The notes under the pieces are model-generated. The model was not told the DNA's origin. It did no database searches and saw only the letters and a list, made by a program, of their open reading frames with translations. DNA of 32,000 bases, taken from positions 480,001 to 512,000 of the forward strand of contig NC_013966.1 of assembly GCF_000025685.1 (NCBI RefSeq). The letters are read 5' to 3'. Shown here piece after piece: positions 9,745 through 18,328 of the stretch (the first letter of the stretch is position 1; every line of letters starts with the position of its first letter). A program made the translations under genes and the position numbers. Source of the DNA: Haloferax volcanii DS2. GTDB taxonomy: Archaea > Halobacteriota > Halobacteria > Halobacteriales > Haloferacaceae.

Positions 9745-10332
9745 CTAGTCCTCCCGCGGCGGGACGAGATTCGTCAGGACGCGGTCACCGAACAGGACGA
9801 CGAGCGCCGCGCCGACGAGGTTAAACAGGAGGTCGAGCGCGGTATCGGTTCGGCCGTAGGAGACGAGCACGGGGTCGATGCCGAGCGCGTCGGCTCCGCG
9901 GTGGATGGCGTACTCCGCGAGTTCCCAGAGCACGCCGGCGCAGACGACAACCGCGAGCACGCGGGTCGCGGGGTCGCGGCCGCCGCGACGCGACAGCACG
10001 TGGACGACCCCGCCGAGAATCGTCGCGGAGTGGGTGTGAGTGAGATGGTCCCACCACCACACGTCGTCGTAAGGACCGAGCATCCCGGCCGAGTGGGTCA
10101 GCATGGCCGACTCGACGTAGACGCGCTGCCACGGGCGGAACTCGACGCCGACCAGTCGCTCGAAGGCCTCGGGGAGGTACGTGCCCGCGAGCGCGAACGC
10201 GGCGTTCACCATCGCCGCGGGGTTGCGGCGGCGGAGTCCGGTCAGAAACACGACGACGATTGCGTATCTGATTCCGTCGTCCGGTCGCCGCCGTCCCGTC
10301 GAATCGCTCGTTTCGGTCACGGTCGTTCTCAT
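9745..10332 (-). CDS. integral membrane protein, possibly YdjM/DUF457-like metal-dependent hydrolase
   Basis: The product from the ATG at 10332 (MRTTVTE...) has about 5 TM helices and a His-rich motif, WWWDHLTHTHSA. On the minus strand, TTTTTCTTTAA lies about 23-28 nt upstream. The family call is tentative. Confidence 0.6.
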   Translation of the reverse strand: MRTTVTETSDSTGRRRPDDGIRYAIVVVFLTGLRRRNPAAMVNAAFALAGTYLPEAFERLVGVEFRPWQRVYVESAMLTHSAGMLGPYDDVWWWDHLTHTHSATILGGVVHVLSRRGGRDPATRVLAVVVCAGVLWELAEYAIHRGADALGIDPVLVSYGRTDTALDLLFNLVGAALVVLFGDRVLTNLVPPRED

Positions 10333-10428
10333 CGGGACTGTCGTCGGGGTTAAAGAAAAACATTGACACAATATCGGAGATGGCTGATTGGGATTAGACT
10401 AAATAGTGTATCGTGTCAGCCTACACAT

Positions 10429-10869
10429 ATGAGTGATAAGAGAGATTGTTCAATAGATGGTGTCGAAAAGATGTATGATAAATACGTCGAGCAGTTTCCG
10501 GAGTTAAACTTAATTGATATAGGTGGTCCAACAGGCCTACCACTCAAAGACGCGGTCTCTGTCAAGAGTGGTACTGTGGTTCTATTGAACGAATCTGAAC
10601 TAGACTCTAAATGTATGTTAACCTCTTCTGAGACAAACCTCGAAATCGAAGACCTTTCCGACGAAGCAATCTTCCAATTACCAAAGAATTTAACGAATAT
10701 ACAGAAGGTACAAATCACATCTGACCACTACGGCTTTTGGAGGTATACATTGGAATGTGCTTATGAACATAACTTCAGCGAGTTCCCAATCACAGAAGAG
10801 GTCATCAAGCAGTACGAAACTATACTCAGTACATCACAAAGCCTGTTAGTTGAGACGTCTGCTTGCTGA
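10429..10869 (+). pseudogene. 5' portion of a low-GC gene interrupted by the IS (unknown N-terminal domain)
   Basis: The ATG at 10429 is preceded by CTAAATAG about 25 nt upstream. The coding sequence is about 36% G+C by hand count over its first 100 nt. The reading frame runs straight into the IS terminal repeat and stops on a TGA (10867-10869) supplied by the IS end. I recognise no family. Confidence 0.5.
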
Positions 10870-10873
10870 AGAT

Positions 10874-12043
10874 GTGTCCAAGCAACCACAGCAAGCAGAC
10901 GATGAAATCCACGAGGACCAGCTCCTTAACTTCCTCGTCAACTCTCTTGACGAGGAAGTTGCTCTCTCACTCGCTGAAAACGCTGAACTCGATGCTGAAG
11001 ACATCTACGAGGTCCTCGTCGGCGCCTGCGCCGACGGGACCTCGGTCTCAACGCTCTGTGAGAGAAGCGAAGATGCACCACACGAAAATTCGGTTCTCTA
11101 CCATCTCCGCACCAAATTTGACCTTGAGACGCTCGAACAGGTTGGAAACACGCTCCTCCAGAAGGACATTCTCAACGTCCTTCCCCAGCAGGTGGAGGTC
11201 TGCGCAGACCTCCACCTGCGGCCCTACTACGGCGACGAAGACGATACAGACGGCCTGTATCACTCACAAGCGAAGCGTGGAACCACCGCGTTCCACGCGT
11301 ACGCGACACTGTACGCACGCGTGAAGAACAAACGCTACACGCTGGCGGTGCGCCGTCTCGAAGACGGCGACACCGCCAGCAGTGTCCTCGCAGAGTTCCT
11401 CGGTATTCTCGACGGCCTTGACCTCGGTGTCAAGGCCGTCTATCTTGACCGCGAATTCTACGACAGCAAGTGTTTGACGCTGCTTCAGGCGCACAACCAC
11501 GCCTACGTCATGCCGATCGTCCGCTGGGGACGGGCGATCAAGTGAGAACTCTCGGAAGGGTGGAGTCGCGTGATTCAGCACAGTCTGACGGCGAAACTCG
11601 ACGGTCACAGCTGGACCGTCGAGTTTCCCGTCTACATCGACTGTACCTACCAGAACGGACGGTACGACGAACATGGGGTGGCGCGTCACGGCTACGCCGC
11701 TGACGCGCCGTTCATCAACTCACCACGAGACGCTCGATACCACTACGCGAAACGCTTCGGTATCGAGGCGAGCTATCGACTCTCCGAGCAAAGTATCGCG
11801 ACGACCTCGACACAAAATCCGGTCGTACGGCTGTTGTACGTCGTGGTGAGCCTGCTGTTACAGAACGTCTGGCGGTATTTGCACTGGGAGTACGTGGCGA
11901 CGCCCCGCCGTGGGGGGCGTCGCCTCTGGGAGTGGTCGTTCAAGGAGTTCATCAATATGGTCCGTCGAGCAGCGTGGACGGCCCTCGCGACGCGTCGGGC
12001 CGTCCCCGCGAACCGGCCACCGGACGACCGGTTCCACCGGTAA
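10874..12043 (+). pseudogene. ISH3-family DDE transposase interrupted by an in-frame TGA at 11543-11545
   Basis: The track ORFs 10850-11545 and 11570-12043 are in the same frame and are separated only by the TGA (...RWGRAIK*ELSEGWSRVIQHSL...). The sequence (SKQPQQADDEIHEDQLLNFLVNSLDEE..., ...RRAVPANRPPDDRFHR) matches my recollection of haloarchaeal ISH3/ISH51 transposases. The likely start is GTG 10874. Confidence 0.85.
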
Positions 12044-12079
12044 CTCCCGACCGGGCTAGCCAACGGTGGGAGTGGCGAC

Positions 12080-12112
12080 GCTGTCGCGTCGGCGGCAGCC
12101 GCCGCCGACAGC
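12080..12112. repeat. GC-rich hairpin inside the IS 3' untranslated part
   Basis: GCTGTCGCGTCGGCGGC (12080-12096) pairs with GCCGCCGCCGACAGC (12098-12112) around a one-nucleotide loop. This gives 7+7 paired bases with a small internal bulge. Confidence 0.6.
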
Positions 12113-12203
12113 GACGGCTCTCCGCCGATCCGTCCATGATTCTCTCGTCGAAACCGCCAGTCCAACCGCTCGGTCACAGAACTCATGCTTCAGAAACAGC
12201 TAG

Positions 12204-12668
12204 CCGAGGACGCTTTGTGAAGTACTGATACTCTCACTATTATTGGGCGATGCTGGCCCATTTCCAACGTCCAACCACGTCATTGCGAGCTACGTCGCAT
12301 ATCCGGTTTTAGAAGGAATTGCCAAGCGGTACTGCCATGAGTACATTCACGAGAACGGAACTGTGAAAGAAGGTAAGTCAATCCACACTTACGATCCAGT
12401 AGTTAGAGCCGGGGAACAAGTGAACAATATTGGTTGGATTCTAAGTCATATTGAGAATGTGGCTGGATCACCAGAACTCAAAGAAGAAATGCGCCAGATG
12501 AGGATTCAGGTTGCAGATTTCTATAGCTGTGGCGAAAATCAAGTCTACGGAACAATAGCTGGCTATCGAAATACATGGCTACATGGAGAAGAAGTCGCAA
12601 TCGCAGAATATGGTACACTCATGAACTATATATCGCTCTTACTGTGGGCGATGATGTTTGAGAAATAA
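12204..12668 (+). pseudogene. 3' portion of the IS-interrupted low-GC gene; HEPN-like C-terminal domain (RNTWLH)
   Basis: The frame is open from 12204, immediately after a TAG at 12201-12203 at the IS edge. No in-frame ATG or GTG occurs near the 5' end; the only candidate is the TTG at 12243 used by the track. An R-x4-H motif with Asn after Arg (RNTWLH, 12567-12584) is followed by a terminal hydrophobic helix. GC content is low. Confidence 0.5.
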
Positions 12669-12688
12669 TTTAATTGCTTTTGAACTTC

Positions 12689-13744
12689 TTATTTCATCGG
12701 GGATATCTCTTCTAGCGCGTCCATCACGCGGTCGACCTTCTCCACGTCGGCGTTGTAGCCCATGTGACCGACCCGGAGGATATCGTCTGCGAGGCCGGCG
12801 AGCCCGGTCGCGAGGACGATGTCGTGTTCCGATTCGAGTTCGGCTTGGACGCGTTTCGCCTCGCCGGGGAGGTGGAACGCCGTCACCGTCGGAGAACTGC
12901 GCTCGGCGTCGGGATAGATATCGAGTCCGAGGCCGGCTCCGCGCTCGCGGCAGTGCGCGGCGGCCTCCTCGTGGCGCTCGTAGACGGCGTCGAGCCCTTC
13001 TTCGAGGAGCATCGACAGCGACTCGTCGAGGGCGGCGACGTTCGCGCCGAGGTGGGTGTACGGGAAGCCCTCGCTGGTGTCGCGCCACGGGAGGAGGTTC
13101 GTGTAGAGCGAGTCGGGGTCGCGCTCCTCGACGGCCTCCCACGCGCGGTCGCTGACGGCGGCCGTCGTCAGCCCCGGCGGCGAGCTAAACGCCTTCTGGG
13201 ACGCGCCGAGGTTGATGTCGATGTGCTCGCTCGGGACGGGCGCGCCGCCGAGCGAGGAGACGGCGTCGACGATGGTCAGCACGCCGTGGTCGGAGAGCAG
13301 TTCGAGCACCGGCGCGATGTCGTTGAGCGTGCCCGTCGGCGTCTCGCAGTGGACCATCGTGGCGACAGCGAACTCGCCGTCGTCGAGCGCCGCTTCGACG
13401 CCAGCGAGGTCGAGCGGGTCGGTGTAGTCGGCACCGACGAGGGTCGGCTCGCCGCCGTAGCTCTCGACGAAGTCGGCGAAGCCGTCGCCGTAGAGGCCGT
13501 TCGAGATGCAGAGCACGTCGTCGCCGGGGGCGACCGTGGAGGCGATGGCGGCTTCGAGGCCGAGGATGCCCTCGCCGCCCATGACGACCACGTCGTCGTC
13601 GGTGTCGTAGACGCGCCCGAGTTTCTCGCAGACCTCGTCGTAGGTGTCGAAGAAGGACTGCTCGATGTCGGGGTTCGGCATCGGCTCGCTCAGCCGGTCG
13701 CGGACCCGCGGCGGGACGGCCGTGGGGCCGGGTGTCATCAGCAT
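12689..13744 (-). CDS. class-V pyridoxal-phosphate aminotransferase (serine-pyruvate / alanine-glyoxylate type)
   Basis: The 351-aa product starts with MTPGPT, has the SQKA Schiff-base lysine context, and has a VDAVSSLGG segment typical of aminotransferase class V. Confidence 0.9.
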   Translation of the reverse strand: MLMTPGPTAVPPRVRDRLSEPMPNPDIEQSFFDTYDEVCEKLGRVYDTDDDVVVMGGEGILGLEAAIASTVAPGDDVLCISNGLYGDGFADFVESYGGEPTLVGADYTDPLDLAGVEAALDDGEFAVATMVHCETPTGTLNDIAPVLELLSDHGVLTIVDAVSSLGGAPVPSEHIDINLGASQKAFSSPPGLTTAAVSDRAWEAVEERDPDSLYTNLLPWRDTSEGFPYTHLGANVAALDESLSMLLEEGLDAVYERHEEAAAHCRERGAGLGLDIYPDAERSSPTVTAFHLPGEAKRVQAELESEHDIVLATGLAGLADDILRVGHMGYNADVEKVDRVMDALEEISPMK

Positions 13745-13902
13745 GAATCCCCGTTACGGACAGAGCGTCTTAGCAGTACGGCATCCGTGGCGAGCGTCCG
13801 ACCGCGTCGGCAGCGATAACCGACCGGCAGCCGGCGAACGTGACCGCCCGCGCCGGCGGCGGACGGGAAGGCACAAAAGCGCCCTCGCCGTCAGCCACGT
13901 GT

Positions 13903-14913
13903 ATGGGCAAACTCTCACCTGCGGACCTCGACCGCTACGTCTTCTCGCGGACGGGGGCCCCCAACGACGACTTGCTCGTCGGGGCCGGCTACGGCGAGGA
14001 CGCCGCCGCCGTCGCCACCGGCGAGGGGACGATGGTCGTCAGCACCGACCCCATCTCGCTCGCCGCCGAGCGCATCGGCACCCTCGGCGTTGCCATCGCC
14101 AGCAACGACGTGGCCGCCTGCGGGGGCGTCCCCGAGTGGCTCGTGAGCACCGTCCTCCTCCCCGAACTGGACGTTGACCTCCTCGACGACATCACGGCCC
14201 AACTCGACGCGGAGGCCGAACGACTCGGCATCAGCATCGTCGGCGGCCACACCGAGACGGTCGCCGGGCTCTCCCGACCGCTCCTCTCGCTCACCTGCAT
14301 GGGTCCGACCGACCGCTACGTCCCGACGAGCGGTGCGGAACCCGGCGATGCGGTGATTCTCACCAAGGGAGCCGGCGTCGAAGGGACGGCCGTCCTCGCC
14401 ACCGACTTCCGCGCCGACCTCGACGCGGCGAGCGTCGAACCCGCGGCCACCGACCGCGCCGCGGGCTTCTTCGACGACATCAGCGTCCTCCCCGAGTCGG
14501 CGGTGCTCGCGCCCGCCGCGACCGCGATGCACGACCCGACCGAGGGCGGCGTCCTCAACGGACTGGTCGAACTCGCCTGCGCCTCGGGCGTCCGAATCGA
14601 GGTCGACGGCGACGACGTGCCCGTCCGCCCCGAGACGCGGGCGCTCTGCGAGGCGATGGGCGTCGACCCGATGCGGATTCTCGGCTCCGGCGCGCTCCTC
14701 GCGGCGGTCCCCGAAGGCGAGGCCGACGACGCGCTCGCCGCTCTCGAACGCGAGGGTATCGAGGCGACGGTGGTCGGAACCGTCGAAGCGGCGGGCGACG
14801 GCGCGGGTTCGAACGCGGACGCGGACTCGACCGCGCCGGCCGCGGGCGTCGTCTACGACGGGACGCACTACGCCGACGGCGTCGAAGACGACATGTACGA
14901 CCTCTGGAACTGA
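13903..14913 (+). CDS. AIR-synthase-related protein (PurM/ThiL/HypE/SelD superfamily)
   Basis: From the ATG at 13903: MGKLSPADLDRYVF..., GEDAAAV, VSTDPIS, ASNDVAACGG, GGHTE and DPTEGG, which match the N- and C-domains of the AIR synthase-related family. The 21 codons upstream in the track ORF are Arg/Gly-rich. Confidence 0.85.
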   Translation: MGKLSPADLDRYVFSRTGAPNDDLLVGAGYGEDAAAVATGEGTMVVSTDPISLAAERIGTLGVAIASNDVAACGGVPEWLVSTVLLPELDVDLLDDITAQLDAEAERLGISIVGGHTETVAGLSRPLLSLTCMGPTDRYVPTSGAEPGDAVILTKGAGVEGTAVLATDFRADLDAASVEPAATDRAAGFFDDISVLPESAVLAPAATAMHDPTEGGVLNGLVELACASGVRIEVDGDDVPVRPETRALCEAMGVDPMRILGSGALLAAVPEGEADDALAALEREGIEATVVGTVEAAGDGAGSNADADSTAPAAGVVYDGTHYADGVEDDMYDLWN

Positions 14914-15082
14914 GGCGAACGCGAGCCGGCGACCCGCGCCGTCGGCGGCGACCCGACCCGGCTCGACCCAACACGACTTTGACTACTGAAATCTCACTTG
15001 GAGATATGACTGCTGAACGTCCGTCTCGACTCGCGAGCGACCCGCCGGGAGCGCCGAAATCGACCCGGACCGCGGTGGTCGA

Positions 15083-16411
15083 ATGAGAGGCGTCGTCGTC
15101 GCCGGCACGGCCTCCGGCGTCGGGAAGACCGTCACGACGCTCGCGGTGTGCCGCGCGCTCGAACGCGAGGGCTACGCGGTCCAACCGGCCAAGGCCGGCC
15201 CCGACTTCATCGACCCATCACACCACGCGGCAATCGTCGGGAAACCGTCGCGGACGCTCGACCCGTGGCTCGAAGGCGACGACGGCATGCGCCGGACCTA
15301 CGCCCGCGGCGAGGGCGACATCTGCGTCGTCGAGGGCATGATGGGCCTCTACGACGGCGACACGTCGACGGCTCGGGTCGCCGCCCTCCTCGACCTCCCC
15401 GTGGTCCTCGTCGCGGACGCGAGAGCCGGGATGCAGAGCGTCGCGGCGACGGCCTACGGCTTCCGGACCTACGCGGACCGGATGGGAATCGACGCCGACG
15501 TGGCCGGCGTCATCGCCTCCCGCGCTCACGGCGGCCGCCACGCCGAGGGCATCCGCGACGCGCTCCCCGAAGAACTGCCGTACCTCGGTCGAATCCCGCC
15601 GAGCGACGACCTCGAAATCCCGGAGCGCCACCTCGGCCTCTACCTCGGCGACGAGGCCCCGCTGTCCGACGAGGCGCTCGACGCCGCGGCCGACGGGATT
15701 CGCGCCGACGCGCTCGCTGAAGTGGCGCGGGAACCCGACTGGGACGCCGAGGAGGTCGAATCGGGCACGCGAGCCGAGCCAGTCCAAGCTACGGATTCGG
15801 ACCGCCCGACGATCGCCGTCGCCCGCGACGAGGCGTTCTGTTTCGTCTACCCCTCGACGCTGGCGCGATTAGAATCGCTCGGCACCGTCTCGTACTTCTC
15901 GCCGGTCGCCGGCGACGACCTCCCGGACTGCGACGGCGTCTACCTCCCCGGCGGCTACCCCGAGCGGTTCGCCGCGGACCTCGCGTCATCACCGACGCTT
16001 TCGGAGCTTGCCGACCGCGCCGCCGACGGCCTGCCGGTGTTCGGCGAGTGCGGCGGTCTGATGGCGCTCACCGAATCGCTGACGACGACCGACGGCGACA
16101 CCCACGAGATGGCCGGCATCCTCCCCGCCGACGTGACGATGCAGGAGCGCTATCAGGCGCTCGACCACGTAGAACTCCGCGCGACCGACGGGACGCTGAC
16201 CGCCGACGCGGGCGAGACGCTCCGCGGCCACGAGTTCCACTACTCGTCGGCGGACCCGGCGACGGACGCCCGGTTCGCCTTCGACGTGGAGCGCGGGACC
16301 GGCATCGACGGCCGCGAGGGACTCACCGAGTACCGAACCCTCGGCACCTACGCGCACGTCCACCCCGAAAGCGGGGCGTTCGACCGCTTCGTCTCGCGAC
16401 TGACGGACTGA
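15083..16411 (+). CDS. cbiA: cobyrinate a,c-diamide synthase
   Basis: The N-terminal ATPase domain has GTASGVGKT followed by AKAGPDFIDPSHH. The C-terminal glutamine amidotransferase domain has GECGGLM and HEFHYS. Confidence 0.93.
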   Translation: MRGVVVAGTASGVGKTVTTLAVCRALEREGYAVQPAKAGPDFIDPSHHAAIVGKPSRTLDPWLEGDDGMRRTYARGEGDICVVEGMMGLYDGDTSTARVAALLDLPVVLVADARAGMQSVAATAYGFRTYADRMGIDADVAGVIASRAHGGRHAEGIRDALPEELPYLGRIPPSDDLEIPERHLGLYLGDEAPLSDEALDAAADGIRADALAEVAREPDWDAEEVESGTRAEPVQATDSDRPTIAVARDEAFCFVYPSTLARLESLGTVSYFSPVAGDDLPDCDGVYLPGGYPERFAADLASSPTLSELADRAADGLPVFGECGGLMALTESLTTTDGDTHEMAGILPADVTMQERYQALDHVELRATDGTLTADAGETLRGHEFHYSSADPATDARFAFDVERGTGIDGREGLTEYRTLGTYAHVHPESGAFDRFVSRLTD

Positions 16412-16483
16412 CCGCGGCGAGGGCGCGACACGCACCGACCGACGACCGACCCCGACTGCGACACCGACTTCGAACCCACAACG

Positions 16484-17203
16484 ATGACCGACGCACCCGA
16501 CGGAACCCCCGAGACAGGCGACGAGACCACCCCCGACTCGGTTCGGGCGAACACCCCCGGCCGCGGCGTCCGCCCCGAGGCGGCCGCCATCGAACCCGCC
16601 GCGCCCGACGACTTCGGCCTCGTGCAGGTGTGGTGGGGCGACGGCAAGGGCAAGACCACGGCCGCGATGGGCATGGGCTTTCGCGCCGCCGGCCACGGCT
16701 ACCGCGTCCACATGCTCCAGTTTCTGAAGGGCGGCGCGGACTCCGTCGAGGCCGTCCGCGGGGAGTACAACGCCATCGCGGCGATGCCCGGGATCTCCTT
16801 CGAGAACCTCGGCCACTACGGCTGGGCTGGGATGGCCGACGGCAGCGACGACGAAGACCACGAGGCGCAGGTCGCCGCCGGCCTCAACCGGGCGCGCGAA
16901 CTCGTCGACGCCGCGGCCGACGCCGACCTCTCGAAGCCGCTCGACCTCGACGGCCCGCCGGAGGACGGCGTCCACTTCCTCATCATCGACGAACTCCTCT
17001 ACGCCGTGGCGATGGGACTGCTCGACGAGGCCGACGTGCTCGACCTCGTGGAGCGCAAGCCCGAGAGCCTCGAACTCGTGTTGACCGGGAGCCACGACGA
17101 ACCGACCTACCTCTCCGACGCCGCGGACCTCGTGACCAACGTCCGAAAGGAGAAACACCCCATCGACGCCGGCCAGCGCGCGAGAAAAGGAACCGAGTAC
17201 TGA
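16484..17203 (+). CDS. cobO: cob(I)yrinic acid a,c-diamide adenosyltransferase (CobA/CobO/BtuR family)
   Basis: VQVWWGDGKGKTTAAMGMGFRAAGHGYRVHMLQFLKGG contains the P-loop, and HPIDAGQRARKGTEY is the typical family C-terminus. There is an acidic N-terminal extension of about 45 aa. Confidence 0.92.
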   Translation: MTDAPDGTPETGDETTPDSVRANTPGRGVRPEAAAIEPAAPDDFGLVQVWWGDGKGKTTAAMGMGFRAAGHGYRVHMLQFLKGGADSVEAVRGEYNAIAAMPGISFENLGHYGWAGMADGSDDEDHEAQVAAGLNRARELVDAAADADLSKPLDLDGPPEDGVHFLIIDELLYAVAMGLLDEADVLDLVERKPESLELVLTGSHDEPTYLSDAADLVTNVRKEKHPIDAGQRARKGTEY

Positions 17204-17236
17204 GAGCGTCGGCCAACCCGGCCTCGGGTCGACGGC

Positions 17237-18328
17237 TCAGAGCCCCCGGGCGATGTCCAGCGCCTCGTCGGTCGGCACCGGTTCGTCCAGCGACCGCAGC
17301 GTCTCGACGAGCGCCGCGACCCGCGATTCGTCGGGGTCGTCGTCGCCGGCGCGCTCCAAGAGCCGCCGGGCCGCGCCGGTCCCGCTCTGCGGGCCGAAGT
17401 AGAGCGTCCGCGACCCGCCGAAGACGGCCGGGTCGAACGGCTCGAACGTCGCCGGGTCGTCGAGCATCGCCGCCGTGTGGAGGCCGGACTCGTGGGAGAA
17501 CACGTCCGCGCCGAGCACCGATTTCTCCGCCGGCACCGACTCGTCGAGCGCCGTCAACACGTCGTTCGCCCGGGGGATGAGCGTCGAGGGGTCGAGCGCG
17601 GGGCGGTTCACGGCGCGGCTCGTCTCGGCCGCGACGACGAACTCCTCAACGGGGACGTTTCCGGCGCGCTCGCCGATGCCGGCGACCGACACGTCCACCT
17701 TCTGCACGTCGTGGGCGACCGCGGTGAGCGCGTTGGCCGTCGCGACGCCGAGGTCGTCGTGGAAGTGGACGCCGAGGCGGGTCGGGTCGGTGTCGAGGTC
17801 GTGGAGGAACGACGACACCTCGAACGGCGTCTTCGAGCCCACGGTGTCCGCGATAGTGAGGTACGTCGCGTCTATCGAGTCGAACAGGTTATCGAGGAAC
17901 GCGGGGTCGGTCCGGAAGCCGTCCATCGCGGTGAAGTGGACTTCCAGCCCGGTCGCGGTCGCGGAATCGACCGTCTCACCGACGAGCGAGCGCAACTCGT
18001 CCGCGTCCTTCCCGAGCAGTTCGGTCCGCTGTCGCTCGCTGGTCGGCGCGAACACGTCGATGACGTCGACGCCGGCGTCGACCGCGGCCTCGACGTCCTT
18101 CGGGACGGCCCGGGCGATGCCCGTCAGTTTCGTCTCCACGTCGACCGCGTCGCAGACCTCGCCGGTCTGTGCGCCCGCGATGGGGAAGCCGACCTGCACG
18201 TAGTCGACGCCGAGGTCGTCGAGGGCGCGGACGGCCGCGACTTTCTGTCCCGTCGTGTAGGACGCCCCGGGGCGCTGCTCGCCCTCGCGGCAGGTCACGT
18301 CGAGGAGGACCGGCTCCGCGGCGGCCAC
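17237..18328 (-). CDS. HMGL-like DRE-TIM metallolyase (2-isopropylmalate / homocitrate / citramalate synthase-like, no regulatory domain)
   Basis: The N-terminal motif is LLDVTCREGEQ. The metal-binding motif HFHDDLGVATANAL is present, as is AGIGERAGNVPVEE. The GTG start at 18328 directly abuts the TGA of the upstream CoA-transferase gene. Confidence 0.85.
   Translation of the reverse strand: MAAAEPVLLDVTCREGEQRPGASYTTGQKVAAVRALDDLGVDYVQVGFPIAGAQTGEVCDAVDVETKLTGIARAVPKDVEAAVDAGVDVIDVFAPTSERQRTELLGKDADELRSLVGETVDSATATGLEVHFTAMDGFRTDPAFLDNLFDSIDATYLTIADTVGSKTPFEVSSFLHDLDTDPTRLGVHFHDDLGVATANALTAVAHDVQKVDVSVAGIGERAGNVPVEEFVVAAETSRAVNRPALDPSTLIPRANDVLTALDESVPAEKSVLGADVFSHESGLHTAAMLDDPATFEPFDPAVFGGSRTLYFGPQSGTGAARRLLERAGDDDPDESRVAALVETLRSLDEPVPTDEALDIARGL

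Larger units (their letters stand above)
10859..12200 (+). mobile_element. ISH3-family (ISH51-like) insertion sequence, ~1.34 kb, ends +/-5 nt
   Basis: Imperfect terminal inverted repeats are present: CTGCTTGCTGAAGATG at the left end and the reverse complement of CATGCTTCAGAAACAG at the right end. A single DDE transposase frame fills the element. GC content is higher than in the surrounding low-GC DNA. I found no convincing target-site duplication. Confidence 0.8.

Noticed and set aside
10845-12215. Target-site duplication flanking the IS
   Set aside because: I compared the 3-8 nt abutting every plausible end. The closest resemblance is GAGACG (10852-10857) to GAGGACG (12206-12212), which is imperfect and not adjacent to the inverted repeats. 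No duplication is claimed.
14914-15082. Possible cobalamin riboswitch upstream of cbiA
   Set aside because: There is no B12-box-like core. To my knowledge cobalamin riboswitches are not established in archaea, and the spacer is too short and GC-rich.
15989-17580. 389-aa minus-strand and 510-aa plus-strand ORFs over cbiA/cobO
   Set aside because: They have Arg-rich artefact composition, while cbiA and cobO in the other frames have unambiguous catalytic motifs.
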